From: Nemertoderma westbladi
Taxonomy: Eukaryota; Animalia; Xenacoelomorpha
DNA: 43,373 bases
Reading direction: 5' to 3'
Assembly: GCA_032718475.1 (NCBI GenBank)
Contig: JAUCBJ010007441.1
Coordinates: forward strand, 1 to 43,373
Shown here: positions 1 through 12,263 of the stretch, in pieces
Position numbering within the stretch: the first letter of the stretch is position 1
Layout of the letters: each line of letters opens with the position of its first letter
The notes under the pieces: model-generated
What the model was told of the DNA's origin: nothing
Database searches by the model: none
What the model saw: only the letters and a program-made list of their open reading frames with translations
Translations under genes and position numbers: made by a program

Positions 1-4
1 CTGC

Positions 5-480
5 TTATGGCTGCCCCAACTTACTAACGGCACTTGATCAGACCAACTCTACACACGCAGCAATCCCTTCAGACCCAAAAATAGCTAGACAACAATCCGG
101 CCTACAAAATATCTGAGTAATAACTATTACGGTACCTGAACAGACCACACAAACAAACACAGGCTAAAACACTGGCAGACTACGATCAAGCCTAAATAAA
201 CTACAGTATATGCAGACTCTGAAACTGTTAGTTAGTATGCGTTCTAACACGGTAGTACGACTTATTCTTTAAGAGGGGATTGACCTTACAGTTATGACTG
301 CCCCAACTTACTAACGGCACTTTATCAGACAAACTCTACACACGCCGTAATCTCTCCAAACCCAACCATACAGTCAGACAGCAGCTCAGCCTACAATTAT
401 CTGAACAATCTGAGCAGACTTACACGTCTTCAGCTCAATATTAACTTACTAGGAAATAAAACTGACAGAAATAAGTAAGC
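5..480. repeat. Diverged direct duplication, period about 287 bp
   Basis: ttatggctgccccaacttactaacggcacttgatcagaccaactctacacacgc at 5 recurs as ttatgactgccccaacttactaacggcactttatcagacaaactctacacacgc at 292. Similarity decays after that, so the end coordinate is approximate. Confidence 0.65.
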
Positions 481-654
481 TCCAAAAGAAACAAGGGGTG
501 TACAGTCCCTAATCTCTTAAACAGCCTACCGGTATACAATAATCAAATCGAATAACACTAAAAGTACTTGTACAGCAGTACCGGTACCGGTGATGACAGT
601 TAGGCCTACTGACCTACAAAGTACCGGTTCAGTTTTACCGGTCACTACGGTATT

Positions 655-787
655 TTGCAACCTTATTGCCTACTGCAATAAGATTGTAAACTGTTACTGT
701 TCGACAGAACAGTATTAAGCTGTATTTAATGCCTACACTTGCAACCTTATTGCTTACTGCAATAAGATTATAAACTGTTACTGTTCG
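655..787. repeat. 49-bp direct repeat (2 copies, offset 84 bp), each an imperfect hairpin
   Basis: ttgcaaccttattgc(c/t)tactgcaataagatt(g/a)taaactgttactgttcg at 655-703 and 739-787. In copy 1, ttgcaaccttattgc pairs with gcaataagattgtaa at 13/15. Confidence 0.75.
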
Positions 788-1949
788 CGCTTTTGAAGAC
801 CTTTAGCAGTTTAACCTGCCAAAATTTATATGTCTTTTAGTTAATTAAAACCACTTTAGCATACGACAATAATTTATGCTAATACGCAAAACATTAGCCG
901 AAGTCAGCCCATGCGCGATCATTCACCCGATGGATCTACACCCGGGAGACTGAATTCGGATGCTTGAATTGTATTATTACAGTGTAAGGTTGCAGTGTGT
1001 ACCTAATGTATTATTCGATAGATCGTTAATAATTAATCTCTGACAGATATTATTGGCTTTCGGGAAATATTAACAGTTCCTTTAGGACGTGGCGCTTTAT
1101 CTATTTAAACAGAACTAAGACTTATACTAAACGCAACGATACTGCTTATGATTAAAGTATAAAGCGTATTCTTTAGGAAATACTTTGTTACCAATCACAA
1201 TCATACACACTATTCTGCCGACAGTCAGTACATTTGATCACACATAAAGAGAGCAGTAATTGACTCACGTAGGGTCTGCTAAATAACATTGGATTCAATA
1301 CACACCACATTAATATAAATCGCAATTGTTATGTATAGCCGGTCTCTCTAACCTGTAGTGTATCAAGAAAATTGGGAATTGGGTGATTTATCCGTATTAT
1401 CCAAATAGCAATATTTCCATAAACAAATAGGTACAATTAATAACTGACGGTAAAATAACAGTACAAGCAATATGATTAATGCAAAGGTATCAAGATTAGT
1501 TAATGAGTATGATTTGTTAAGTTAAATTAGTTCGTTAAGTTAGGTAACAGTTTATACTTTCGATAATTCAAGCAGTTTACTATAGTTCTTACTAAAAGGC
1601 CGGTGTTTCTGGCTTAGACAGCAATAACAACAAAGTATCAAGAAAAAAAACAGTAAGACTGAACACTCTCCTTATGATCGACTAAAAGCTACACGTCGAC
1701 AGGAAAAATCGCTCTGATTGGCTCAAGCCAAACAAAGAACCTTGCATCTAATGGCTGTTTCCATGTCAGCAACCAGCTGCTAGATGTCGTAATATGAATT
1801 ATCACGGCTAAGCTATGAAAGGTAGTTGGTGCATTACAGGTTTTTTGTCTTACCATGTCCGCCAAAACACGTATATAGCAGAATTACTTTTATGTCCGTT
1901 AAAACACCTGTAAAGGTACCTTGCGGGCGAGGGGAATATATATACAGTT

Positions 1950-2884
1950 AGAAAACCTTTTTAGAGTATTCCAGCGCCTGGGGGGGAACTGGCCAGCAAA
2001 GGCAAACGTATCAGTTATCCCACAAAAGCTTTTACAACCACCTTGGGTGATCTTCCACAGTAAACCCTTCCACTCTGTCTCCCCAAGGAATGCCTGTTCA
2101 CCACCATGAGTGATCTTCCACAGTAAACCCTTCCACTCTGTTTCGTAAAGGAATGCCTGTTCACCACCATGGGTGATCTTCCACAGTAAACCCTTCCACT
2201 ATGTTTCCTAAAAAAAATACCTGTTCACCACCATGGGTCATCTTCCCCAGTAAACCCTTCCACTCTGTTTCCTAAAGGAATGCCTGTTCACCACCATGGA
2301 TGATCTTCCACAGTAAACCCTTCCACTCTGTTTCCTAAAGGAATGCCTGTTTACCATCATGGATGATCTTCCACAGTAAACCCTTCCACTCTTTTTCCTA
2401 AAGGAATGCCTGTTCACCACCATGGGTGATCTTCCACAGTAAACCCTTCCACTCTGTTTCGCAAAGGAATGCCTGTTCACCACCATGGGCGATCTTCCTC
2501 AGTAAACCCTTCCACTCTTTTTCCTAAAGGAATGCCTATTCGCCACAATGGGTGATCTTCATCAGTAAACCCTTCCACTCTGTTTCCTAAAGGAATGCCT
2601 GTTCACCACCATGAGTGATCTTCCACAGTAAACCCTTCCACTCTGTTTTCCGAAGGAATGCCTGTTCACCACCATGAGGTGATCTTCCACAGTAAATTAA
2701 ACCCTTCCACTCTAATTCCCAAGTTCCCATTTACCGACCATCCAAGGATGAAAGCCCGGGTTGGGCTAGGCTGCAGCATTTAAAGCACAGTGCCCAAACA
2801 GTACAGCCGCAGCCCCATCTAGGGATAAACCAGGGCTTCTTGAATGGAAGCCCAGGAATGTCACCACTAGACCAATCAAGCTGC
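1950..2884 (-). mobile_element. Degenerate tRNA-derived SINE-like element with an internal minisatellite
   Basis: On the - strand: A-box-like TGGTCTAGTGG (2874-2864), B-box-like GGTTTATCCC (2831-2822), then gggctttcatccttggatggtcggtaaatgggaac (about 2760-2723), which from memory resembles the central domain of Nin-type SINEs. The 3' boundary is a guess. Confidence 0.5.
2038..2712. repeat. 63-bp minisatellite, about 10.7 copies
   Basis: Unit ccaccatgggtgatcttccacagtaaacccttccactctgtttcctaaaggaatgcctgttca, with starts at 2038, 2101, 2164 and onward. Confidence 0.95.
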
Positions 2885-3850
2885 TTATTAGTTATAATTA
2901 CTGTAGTTACTAATTATTATTTAATATATATGCATATGATTTAAAGAAATTATCATTATTTCATCTCCTAGAATTAATAAATGTCAATCCTTTAAATGTT
3001 CAATGTGTAAAATTAATATTTTAAAATTAAAAAAAAATATTTTTAGTTATCGAAAATCATCAATAATCAATAGAAAATGTCAGATGATCGATTGAAACAT
3101 TTATTATTTTTGCATGAAAATTTTTATTTTAAAATCTAAATAAAAATCCGGGGTGGGAGTCCGTCCCCTTTTACAGCTTTACACCCACCAGAGCAACAGG
3201 GGTTCTGCCCCCCGGAAACCGCGGGGCAGCACCTAAATGATAAACTTCACAAAAGTGTTGCCCACCATAGAAATTATATTCCTGGATCCGTCCCTGGCCC
3301 CACACAGGATGAATAAAAAGTAGACTTAAAATTCACGTCCCATGATTCAAGTATCTTTGTTTCCATTGGATTATTTAAATATTCTACAGTAGTAAGCTAC
3401 CAGTCTACCGGTGAAGTGGTTAAGCGAAAGCTGATAAATACTGCATATAATCAAATTGTTTGGTCAAATAACAAGTGCAACCAATCATGGTAGACAATTT
3501 AGTCTCCCCCTTCCCTTGTCAAGGGGTTAACATATTAAATACATCCTTGCCCTATCGTGAACAAAGGCAATAAAAAGCATAGAGAATCGATAAGAACCAT
3601 AGGCCTATTTCCTTTGTAAACTATTTTTGAACTCTAAACATTATTAACACATTTTACCGCCCGCAACGCATGAAGTGAAGAATATGTAGTCTTAGCGTAT
3701 TCCTCTACAGAGTATACATGTATAGGATATATTACTATTGAAAGCATTTGATGGTTGTGGGTTGTTTATTGAACATACCGCATTGTCTTATTTTAGTACT
3801 GAACCGCTTGGAATATGTAAGCCTACTAATGATAAACGCGACGTATAGGC

Positions 3851-3963
3851 CTACGCGTAGTTATACGTACCACCTACGCGTAGGTCGCGTAGGACCTACG
3901 CGTAGTTAATGTTAAAACTCTGAAACTGGCGATATATGACCCAATGTTGCGAACTACGCGTAG
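3851..3963. repeat. Cluster of four CTACGCGTAG palindromes
   Basis: Exact 10-bp palindrome at 3851, 3874, 3896 and 3954. Confidence 0.85.
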
Positions 3964-4008
3964 GTCGAAAAGATTTACCCCAAATATTTTCCACTACAAT
4001 TTCACTTC

Positions 4009-4946
4009 AAGGAGGTGCTAGCAGGTTAGAACATCCTAATTTCAAGCAGTCTCTGACTCTCTGATTGGACGATTAAAATATTTGTATATTCAACCAATAA
4101 ATAAGAAGGCGCTTGAATTAGGTAGTTCTAATGACAATAATAAAAGGCATTAGAGACTGCTAATTTCAAGTTCTCATAATTATTGTATTGGAAATATTAG
4201 CAGTGACATTTTATAAGTACAGGTGTTAGCACGACTGCAGATCAGAAACAAATAGTCGCACAAAAAGACACTCTAATAAATCTAGTGTAGGAATTTTTTG
4301 TACCGGTTAGGAATATGGTAGGTATTATTGAATTTATTAGTATAGATACGACAACCAACGGTCAAAGACCCCAATCATGGCCAACAATAAAATCATGGTT
4401 AAATATAAAAAAAATATGATGTAATAAAAATACTATATTTATTTATACATGAGTTGGGGGGATGGGGGTGATTGATTACAGCTTATCCCAGATCTCACAA
4501 CTTCCACGGGAGAGGCTATCTTTATTATGAAAGAGTCTTTTGAAAGGATCTTTGCAGGTATTATAATTTCATGTTACTGTACATAATTAATTCTTACTGT
4601 ACACACAACAATTAATTATTATTTGTTGTATTTATTAAAACACCACAACCAATTTATTGTTACGTGCATGCTGACATAACAGGTTTTATGGCTGCCAATT
4701 ATTTAATTCTCCCGCCAACATCAACTCCTAAACTTGAAATTAGCAGTCTTTAATGGCATGCTGTAATTATTGTCAATAAACGCACCTAATTCAAGCGCTA
4801 TATGATTTGTAGGCCATTTTTCTGACCAATCAGTTCATTAACTCCCTAACAATCACACTGCACATTGCACGTGACTTCATTATTGACTGTTGTAGTTCGT
4901 CTTTAACCAGTGACTGCTTGTAATTAGGATGTTTTGACGCCTCCTT
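4009..4946. mobile_element. MITE/foldback-like element with long degenerate inverted repeats
   Basis: aaggagg...aacatcctaatttcaagcagtctctg (4009-4055) is inverted as cagtgactgcttgtaattaggatgtt...cctcctt (about 4908-4946). gcgcttgaattaggt is inverted as acctaattcaagcgc. agactgctaatttcaagtt is inverted as aacttgaaattagcagtct (4731). Confidence 0.7.
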
Positions 4947-5969
4947 TCACTACATGACTAATTAAATTAAATTTCGCGAACATTTAATTTTGTTAATTAC
5001 CATAAATTAATCGCAACAGGTTTACTATGGAGGGCGTTGATAACAAAAACAATAGATGACACTCCAGTCGAGCGCGTTACAATGTAATATTGTTATGGTT
5101 CTTTGGTGCTGCTTTAAATGATTTCTGCAACACTGCAAATCATTAGTTTTCGAAACCATTAGATAATATAAAAGTCCCTTAATAATATGATCCCTAAAAT
5201 TCCAATTAGGCTTGCTACACAACAAACTGTGGTTCAACTAACCGTATAATAAATAACATTGGAAATGGATGGACGTTTGTAACAAAGCAGCGGAGAGAAA
5301 TTCGGCCAATGCATCAATTGGTGTTGTATGAATCCTGCCTAGCCTACGGTGGCAGATCTTTGCCAATCAATTAATTTTTTTTTGTTCAGAAGTTCTCCAT
5401 CACGTCATAATTTATGGTGGACCATAAATTTTTTTTTTGCAAAAACGGGCACCGCTCATCTGCTGGGCTTTAAGGATGTAAATATATATAGAACTGCAAT
5501 ATGTTTTACATTTTAGTATAGGAATTAAAATGCAATGATGTTTTGGAAAGGTTGGGTACAGATGAGATCACGTCACTAATACGCAAGCGGTGGCAATGAA
5601 TTCTGAAAAATAATCTAATGGATGGTGCGATAGTTACATTACTTTCGTGGTAAGTATAATAGCTTATTAAATATAATAGCTTAAAGTATAATAAGTACAA
5701 TAATATGTTGTCATAAAGTAGAAACCCATTTTTATTCTGACAACTATCTCGATTCTGCTCCTGCCGATACGTAGCAAGTAACTTAATTGTACGGATAAAA
5801 CGCATCATCTTTTTGTTGATGTTGTAGTCCGATACAGTGCCGTAGCATATTTACGCACTGACACTTCTAGCAATGGTAATAAACCATCCATTTTATTTGT
5901 AATACGATATCCGGATTTCATTTCCACTGTCCAAGCTCGTCGCCATAGTTGTAGTAGTAGAACAAAGGG

Positions 5970-6399
5970 AGAAGAACTTGGATTCACACTACAAGAACGG
6001 AGAAGTAGCAAATATCCGGCAATTACAATTACAGACACCAAATTAGCGTACGATATTGCCCTGCTTTCTAATATACGCTAGCAGATGCATAGCTTCTTCT
6101 GAATAAAGTGGAGAGGACTGCTAAGGTGGTTGTATTGCATATAATTGCTACCAAAACCAAATTCATGACTTTTGATGTTAATGGAAACTTGACAACACTG
6201 CCACAATTGTTAATAATCAACTAAGGAAGGTAGACGACTTCCAGTACACCTTGGGTCATGTATAGAGAGTAGCAAAAAGACATGCAAAGCGCAAGGGTAG
6301 CTCTATCAAAAGTGGATACCATCTGGAAATCAGACCTCTCCAGGCGCTTGAAGACAAATTTCTTTCGAGCCACAGTGGAAAGTGTACTTTTATACGGGG
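5970..6399 (+). mobile_element. Decayed RTE-clade LINE reverse transcriptase fragment
   Basis: Frameshifted pieces read EELGFTL...RRSSKYPAITITD...DIALLS...KTKFM...VDDFQY...IWKSDLSRRLKTNFFRATVESVLLYG, the typical C-terminal half of an RTE RT. Confidence 0.75.
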
Positions 6400-6706
6400 G
6401 AGGTCTGATCCTAGAGCTTCCTTCCGAGATACTTCTTTCCGAATCCACTATTTTCCATACTGAAAAACAACGTAATTTCGTATTGTAATCTCAAATTATA
6501 GAACCCTTACTTCGGATACACGGTTTATGTTATTATACAAAATACATAGCAAGAGGGATATAAAAGTCCATTATCTGCGTGTTAACCGATGTTCATTAGT
6601 GTAAGTTTATACTCATTACTTATGTATTGTATTATTTTGTAATTCACATTTTCGATAGAAATAATATACATAAATTTAATTTAAATACGAACATAAATTA
6701 TTACAA

Positions 6707-7144
6707 TTAGTAATAGAAAACACCAAAAGCGGCAGCCACGCAAAATAATGAATCGTTCATGAAGAAGGACTGGGTATAATTATCCGTGTCGCTGTCCCAG
6801 AAACAACGGCAACCCATCTTTACACCCTGTCCTCTTTGCTCCCCGATCACAACCTGCACAACGTATCTATACCGATCGAATCCCATGGTTACGAGTTGTT
6901 TCTTGATATCATCCGATATATTTTTTGTCCACTGTGGGATATCCTCGATATCGTAAGCTTTATCACTTAATTGCTCAGCCATACAGTTTGTTAGAACGTC
7001 TTTGACGGCCGATGGTCGGAATTTGTTTTGGTATTTTGGACGAATAATATAGGTATTTTCTACTTTTACTGGTTCTTCAACTAATGCAGGTTCTGGTTGA
7101 CTTTTCGGTGGTGAAGCCGTCGGCATTGCTTCAACTTCGGCCAT
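6707..7144 (-). CDS. TCTEX1D2: Tctex1-domain dynein light chain, TCTEX1D2/DYNLT2B-like, intronless CDS, 145 aa
   Basis: ENTYIIRP...KFRPSAVKD...MGFDRYRYVVQVVIGEQRGQGVKMGCRCFWDSDTDNY...FMNDSLFCVAAAFGVFYY matches the DYNLT2B signature. First ATG is at 7144; the track starts at an upstream GTG. Confidence 0.92.
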   Translation of the reverse strand: MAEVEAMPTASPPKSQPEPALVEEPVKVENTYIIRPKYQNKFRPSAVKDVLTNCMAEQLSDKAYDIEDIPQWTKNISDDIKKQLVTMGFDRYRYVVQVVIGEQRGQGVKMGCRCFWDSDTDNYTQSFFMNDSLFCVAAAFGVFYY

Positions 7145-7334
7145 GACCACAGATTAAATACAATTGTTTTTATAATAATTGCGAATAAAATGATAACCCC
7201 GAGGTTAAGTTAACAATATTATTGGTAAGCTGGTGCTTAGCACTATTTTTAGTACAATACTGCAATACAGGTAATTATTAGCCCTATCAGTACCGGTAGC
7301 CTACCAGATTGATGCAACTATCCGATTGCTGGTT

Positions 7335-7369
7335 TGTTTACATCAGCTCAGCTGTAGTCACCTGGCAAC
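7335..7369. promoter_or_regulatory. Forkhead motif plus RFX X-box upstream of TCTEX1D2
   Basis: TGTTTAC at 7335-7341. GTCACCTGGCAAC at 7357-7369 fits GTNRCC-N-RGYAAC, about 210 bp upstream of the ATG. CCAAT at 7415, 7443 and 7461. Confidence 0.65.
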
Positions 7370-7586
7370 GAATTTGAAAGTTCTCAGGTTCTGAGTGGCT
7401 GCTACTCGGATGTACCAATGGTAAATAAGGAAACAACATTCACCAATCACAGCACTGCTACCAATTCAGAATTTCCCAAATATCTGTATTGCCTTCAGCA
7501 ACACGGATCTTCATGTCCTCTGACTGACTGATGCTAGTGCTGACTGACACTGAGGCAAAGGCATTATTTTTAACAGTTTAATATAC

Positions 7587-8725
7587 AGGCCATGCAGCCG
7601 AGATTTAGGGTGAATTAGTGTAAGGCTGAAAGATTCCACTTACAGGTACAGCCACGTCTGCACGGTAGTACCAGTTCAGCAGTACTGTAATTAACAGTCA
7701 ACAATACATATATGCTGCTTGTAGGTACAGGAGGTAAACAAATTTATTGACATACCGGTATTGCATATTGTATTATTTTAATTACTGCACCGGTAGTTAA
7801 TTCTGTAATTAGCTTTATTAAAATCAAGTTTTATTGATCTGTAGTCCGACAGTGTGCAGTGCGGCAGGCCCACATGCCTTAGTAGGTATAGAGACCGATT
7901 TATAATGAATTATAATGCCTCATAAATGCTGTGTCGGGCCCTGAAAGCCTGTGGGCTACTGCTGACTGGCTGATGGAATTACAGAATTACGACGCCACTC
8001 TCGATGATACCGAACCATGGAAAGGTTTCCGTTATCGGATTGCCTTCTGCCGCGGGCGCTTCCTAACATTGCTGCATGTGTGTAATGAAGATCATTATTG
8101 TAGCACTGGCGTTTGTCGAATGTAAAGTCAGAACGGAAACCACGGCTTTCATTTTCAGGTTTACGATTAATTTTCAGGATTGTTGCTAATCTATTTCATT
8201 AATTAATGAAGAAACAGTTTCAATGTCATTATTGATGCGTTCACTCTGTCAATATGTGGTTGGGAGTATTGGGTATAGGCAATCGTAATATATACAGTGT
8301 AGTATACAGGTATAATGTAGATATTAAAGTAATAACATAATGTTTATGACTAGATAAAAGTACGTAATAATATAAATAAGTAACTACCGGTAATAATAAT
8401 ATAAAGTAATCATGTATCACCCCCACATCAATACCGGATGAGACAGACTGTACCAAAGATCCACCCAATCAATCAATCATCAGGGATGGCCCGGATTTAT
8501 TTCATTCCGAGCCATTTGAAATGTCTTAATATCGTCAGTACAAAACATAATAAATTACAAAATATAGTTTACTGACAGACTGGTATGTATATTTCAACGA
8601 ATAAGATACAAAGATTGAACTACCCATAATCCCGTAATAAGCATTGAAATTTACCTGTATATCCTATTGTAAAAGTTCCAGGCTATGCTAATTTAATTTC
8701 GCTTTAATCTCCGGCTGCATGGCCT
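7587..8725. mobile_element. Non-autonomous DNA transposon-like element bounded by inverted repeats
   Basis: aggccatgcagccg (7587-7600) and cggctgcatggcct (8712-8725) form a perfect 14-bp IR that extends imperfectly inward. No clean TSD. Confidence 0.55.
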
Positions 8726-8863
8726 TTAGCTCTGGCAAGTAGGCATTGTGCTTTGCACTGCACCTAACGCACTCGAACCATAACCAAATTTCTGAACCCA
8801 AGTTGACTTTAGACTAAGTCAGTAAGTACGGTACCGCGGTCAGGCAGTAAGCAAATTGTCAAT

Positions 8864-9124
8864 TGGGGTGTCGTTTCAGCTGTTCAGCCTTCTCAGGGGG
8901 TTAATCAGTTAATGTTAAATTAATATGTAAAAATTTACTCCTACTGGCCTAGGAAGTAACATTTTTACTGTAAACTGTGTTCCTAATTGTAGTTTATTGT
9001 TTTGGTTTGAAAAGCCTGCTTGCCCTGCTACTTTCCTTTAAAAGGAACCTTAAATGGTGAACATCGAAATTACATATTCGCGAAATTAAGTTGATATGTT
9101 AAAATGGGCTGAAACGACACCCCA
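8864..9124. mobile_element. 261-bp MITE
   Basis: Perfect 17-bp TIR tggggtgtcgtttcagc / gctgaaacgacacccca around an AT-rich interior. TSD unclear. Confidence 0.7.
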
Positions 9125-10377
9125 TGGCTGCATGGTAATATACCCGTCTACCCTGCCCGCCTGCCCGCTTGCACCATGGTCTGCTTGCACTCACGAGGCC
9201 TATCAGAATATTTAAATTTTTATTTCATTTGATGCATTGGTCACTATTACAGTATTATACACGCCTATGACATACTGACAGAGGCCTATTTCAATTACCA
9301 CTTACCAGTACTGCAGTAATGATTGATCGTTAGGCCTACCTATCCTATCAGCATACAGGGTACAGGCCTATTGTTCATATTTCTAGCCTACACAACCAGA
9401 CAACAACAACACTTTTCAACTACAGAACATAACTAGGAACTAGGGCCCTGCTGCCCTGTGTTGCTGTCAGGCTGTGTAGTGTAGAGTAGGCCTACCTTTT
9501 TTTACAGTAAAGTGTAAGTGCTGAAGTGTCAAGTGCAAGTGTGCCTTGCACCTTGTCGTATTTCTCAGACAGTCAGATGAAACTATAATTATTCTATTAT
9601 ACAGTTATAGGCCTATATTTATTTATAATATTTCACTTCGTTTAAATAGTAGGCCTATACACTATAGCCTAAATAAATAGGCCTACTGAAATATGAAATA
9701 AGTACAGAAGTAGGCCTACCACCTACCACCCACCACTCTGCCGGCATTACTGCATTATAACGAAACGACACCTCTGTAACCTGCTCCTTTACTAACCTGC
9801 CTACAGTGTTTGGTGTTCCACTACTGCACTAGTGTACGTACACGTACAGCCACATCTCTATCAGTCAGTCAGTCTATTATCAAATTATAATCTAAAACGT
9901 AAAATGCAGTGCTGGGGCTGTGGGGGTGTTGTTAATGCAGTTGGCAGTGGTGCCCTGCCCACTCTGCCACTAAGCACCCGATCGAGCACTGCTGCTCCTG
10001 CCAGCCTGCAGTCCTGCTCACAAGCAGTCAAGGAATACTATACTGCTGTACTGCAGTGTACCATAATGCATACTGCATGTACTGTATGCTGGTATGTATA
10101 ATAAGTCCTTGTCCAGTCTGCAGTCTGTACATTGGAATTGAAGTGGTATCTTGTGTCTTGCATCTTGTACGTGTGCAGTGTAGTGTATTCTGTATACCCA
10201 GCCTGTCAGCCCAGATGCCCGATCTGCCGATGACTATCCTTTATCTGGCTTAACTGGTTATATCCTTACGCGTACAGGCGTACACCTATCTGCCTATTGC
10301 AGTATTGCTAGGTCTACCGTCTACAGTATGTGTTATACCGATAATTACTAAATTTTCTGGAAACGAATGATGCAACA

Positions 10378-10431
10378 ATGGCAACTTCCTTGTTAAAATA
10401 TTTCAGATCATCCTTAAAAGTTCCCAATCGG
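10378..10431 (+). CDS. DLST: DLST putative exon 1 (start of mitochondrial presequence)
   Basis: MATSLLKYFRSSLKVPNR is basic, Ser/Leu-rich and has no acidic residues. It is followed by the donor CGG|gtaagt, phase 0. Assigned from position and composition, not homology. Confidence 0.6.
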
Positions 10432-11015
10432 GTAAGTCATCAGTCTCAGTTTGTTGTAAACAGATACCGCATACCGGTATCTGCTGATCTGGTTATATCC
10501 AGTGTTTTTAACTTTGAGACTCGATATTAATTCGCCGTGACTCGATTTACCCCCCCCCCCCCCCCCCCCCTGCCACATGTCTCATCTGTGGTGATGCTTT
10601 ACATATTAACCTGCGGTACCTTTCCCACCAACGAAGGCGTGTTGCCGCACAGTTCCTCTCGAACTCGTACCACCATAAGATATGTTATTCTGGATGCTGG
10701 AGGCCCACTCCCTCTTGTTTGTGTCGTCTCTGCGGAGGTTCGGCTGACTATTTTTCGCTCTGTGCTTCGTGCTCGTACATACCCTCAATCGGTAGTAATC
10801 TACACCTGGCGTTCCACCTACAGGCACTGATATAACGCCTATTTTTTAAATTATTTAATTAATTGTATTTAGATATCTATTATTTAGTCTCTCTTATATG
10901 AACTACCGGTACTATCTTCTCTATTTATTTATAATTTAAATATTTTAACAAATTTTACATATCCGTTGGATATAATAAAGTCTCCATTAATCAATTAACC
11001 TCCCCCTTTCCACAG

Positions 11016-11178
11016 GTTGGCTCTCACCGATCCGTATGTGTACGTCACTCAAGCAACCACTTCATCCATCTCTGTAGAGACTCGCCTTCACTAATTACCC
11101 AATCGTATCGTCTTAAACTCGTAACTAAGTCACACATCCCATCTGGTAGATGGATTTCTTTAGCACAATCTTATTCAG
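11016..11178 (+). CDS. DLST: DLST putative exon 2 (presequence)
   Basis: Acceptor tccccctttccacag|, open in phase 0 (VGSHRSVCVRHSS...GRWISLAQSYS). Donor TCAG|gttgga is phase 1, matching exon 3. An alternative phase-1 donor lies at 11145. Confidence 0.55.
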
Positions 11179-11887
11179 GTTGGAATTATTTACCTTCTTT
11201 ACCGGTATGTCTATTGATATAGTTACATAATAAATAATATAAAAGCCATATATAATAATATCAACTTATTTTTGTAGTAAAGTTTACATGGAATGTTCTA
11301 ATCTTGGTATATGTTAGGTTGTTAAGTCTACATAAAACTGGCTTTATTCGCTACAGTACTGCTAAAAACATTTTTTTTAATTGTATACCATAAAATTCCC
11401 TTTATTACGAATTATAATTGAAGCTACCGGATATAAGATTGCTCTCTATATCTCGGAGGGATATAAAGTGTTGACTAAAAATTAATGGATATACTTGATA
11501 TATCGTGTCGGCGTGTACTGACTTTTGACGGGAAGTCGGTGTATCGATCAGTATGACGTACTGCTCATTAAACCTGCTGTTATCCATCAAAAGTGAAGCA
11601 CTATGTGAAATGCCGGTATGTGAAAGCAGAACATTGTAAACATCGGGCAATCACACTCATCAAAAACACATTTAAAGGTTTCGAGATCTCTCACTAATAT
11701 AAACACAACGATCGGGGACCGGTACTACCAGACGCCAGGACAACTCGCTCACTCAATAAACCGAATGAGCTGAGCTGCGTAGATTATTCGGTCGGATTAC
11801 CAATTGCCGACACGAGACTAAATAATTATATTAATTAATCGCAATATAAACATTTTATATAAATCTTTTCTGCCTTATGACTACCGG

Positions 11888-12263
11888 TAGGGATGTGAGT
11901 TTTCCGGAAATATGTTTTTTCAATGAAATTTTCGAAAATTTCCGGAAAAGTATACTTCATCCGTAATTTACGACCACAAGATCCAAGACACCGAACCACC
12001 AAACACTACTAAGCAGGAACCACTTGTCTCTCGTGTTTACTCTAATTGTGTTTTCAGAATGTGTATAAACTGGCAAAATAGCAGCGATATTATTTTGTGA
12101 AAGAGTTAAAATGCAAATGTATTATTTCCAAAATTGCGTTCAAATATAAAACATCTACTTAATAATGAAATTGACAAAACACGAAAGTCACAATCACAAT
12201 TTTAGTTAAAATATTTTATATAAATCTGGGAAATTTCCATACAATTCCTGACTCACATCCCTA
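11888..12263. mobile_element. hAT-like MITE with 8-bp TSD
   Basis: TIR tagggatgtgagt / actcacatcccta. The 8-mer cttatgac occurs at 11874-11881 and 12264-12271; the left copy is offset by a 6-bp insertion (see findings). Confidence 0.8.

Noticed and set aside
1757-1773. X-box-like GTTTCCATGTCAGCAAC
   Set aside because: The half-site spacing is longer than the RFX consensus allows.
2810-2884. Functional tRNA gene
   Set aside because: The B-box and stems are degenerate; better explained as a SINE head.
3148-3296. One hAT-like MITE terminus (cctggatccgtccctg)
   Set aside because: No partner TIR or TSD found, so the element cannot be delimited.
10550-10830. Poly-C run followed by a GC-richer segment with 97- and 73-aa ORFs; considered a solo LTR or exon
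   Set aside because: TG...CA ends exist but there is no TSD, no recognisable protein and no fitting splice phases.
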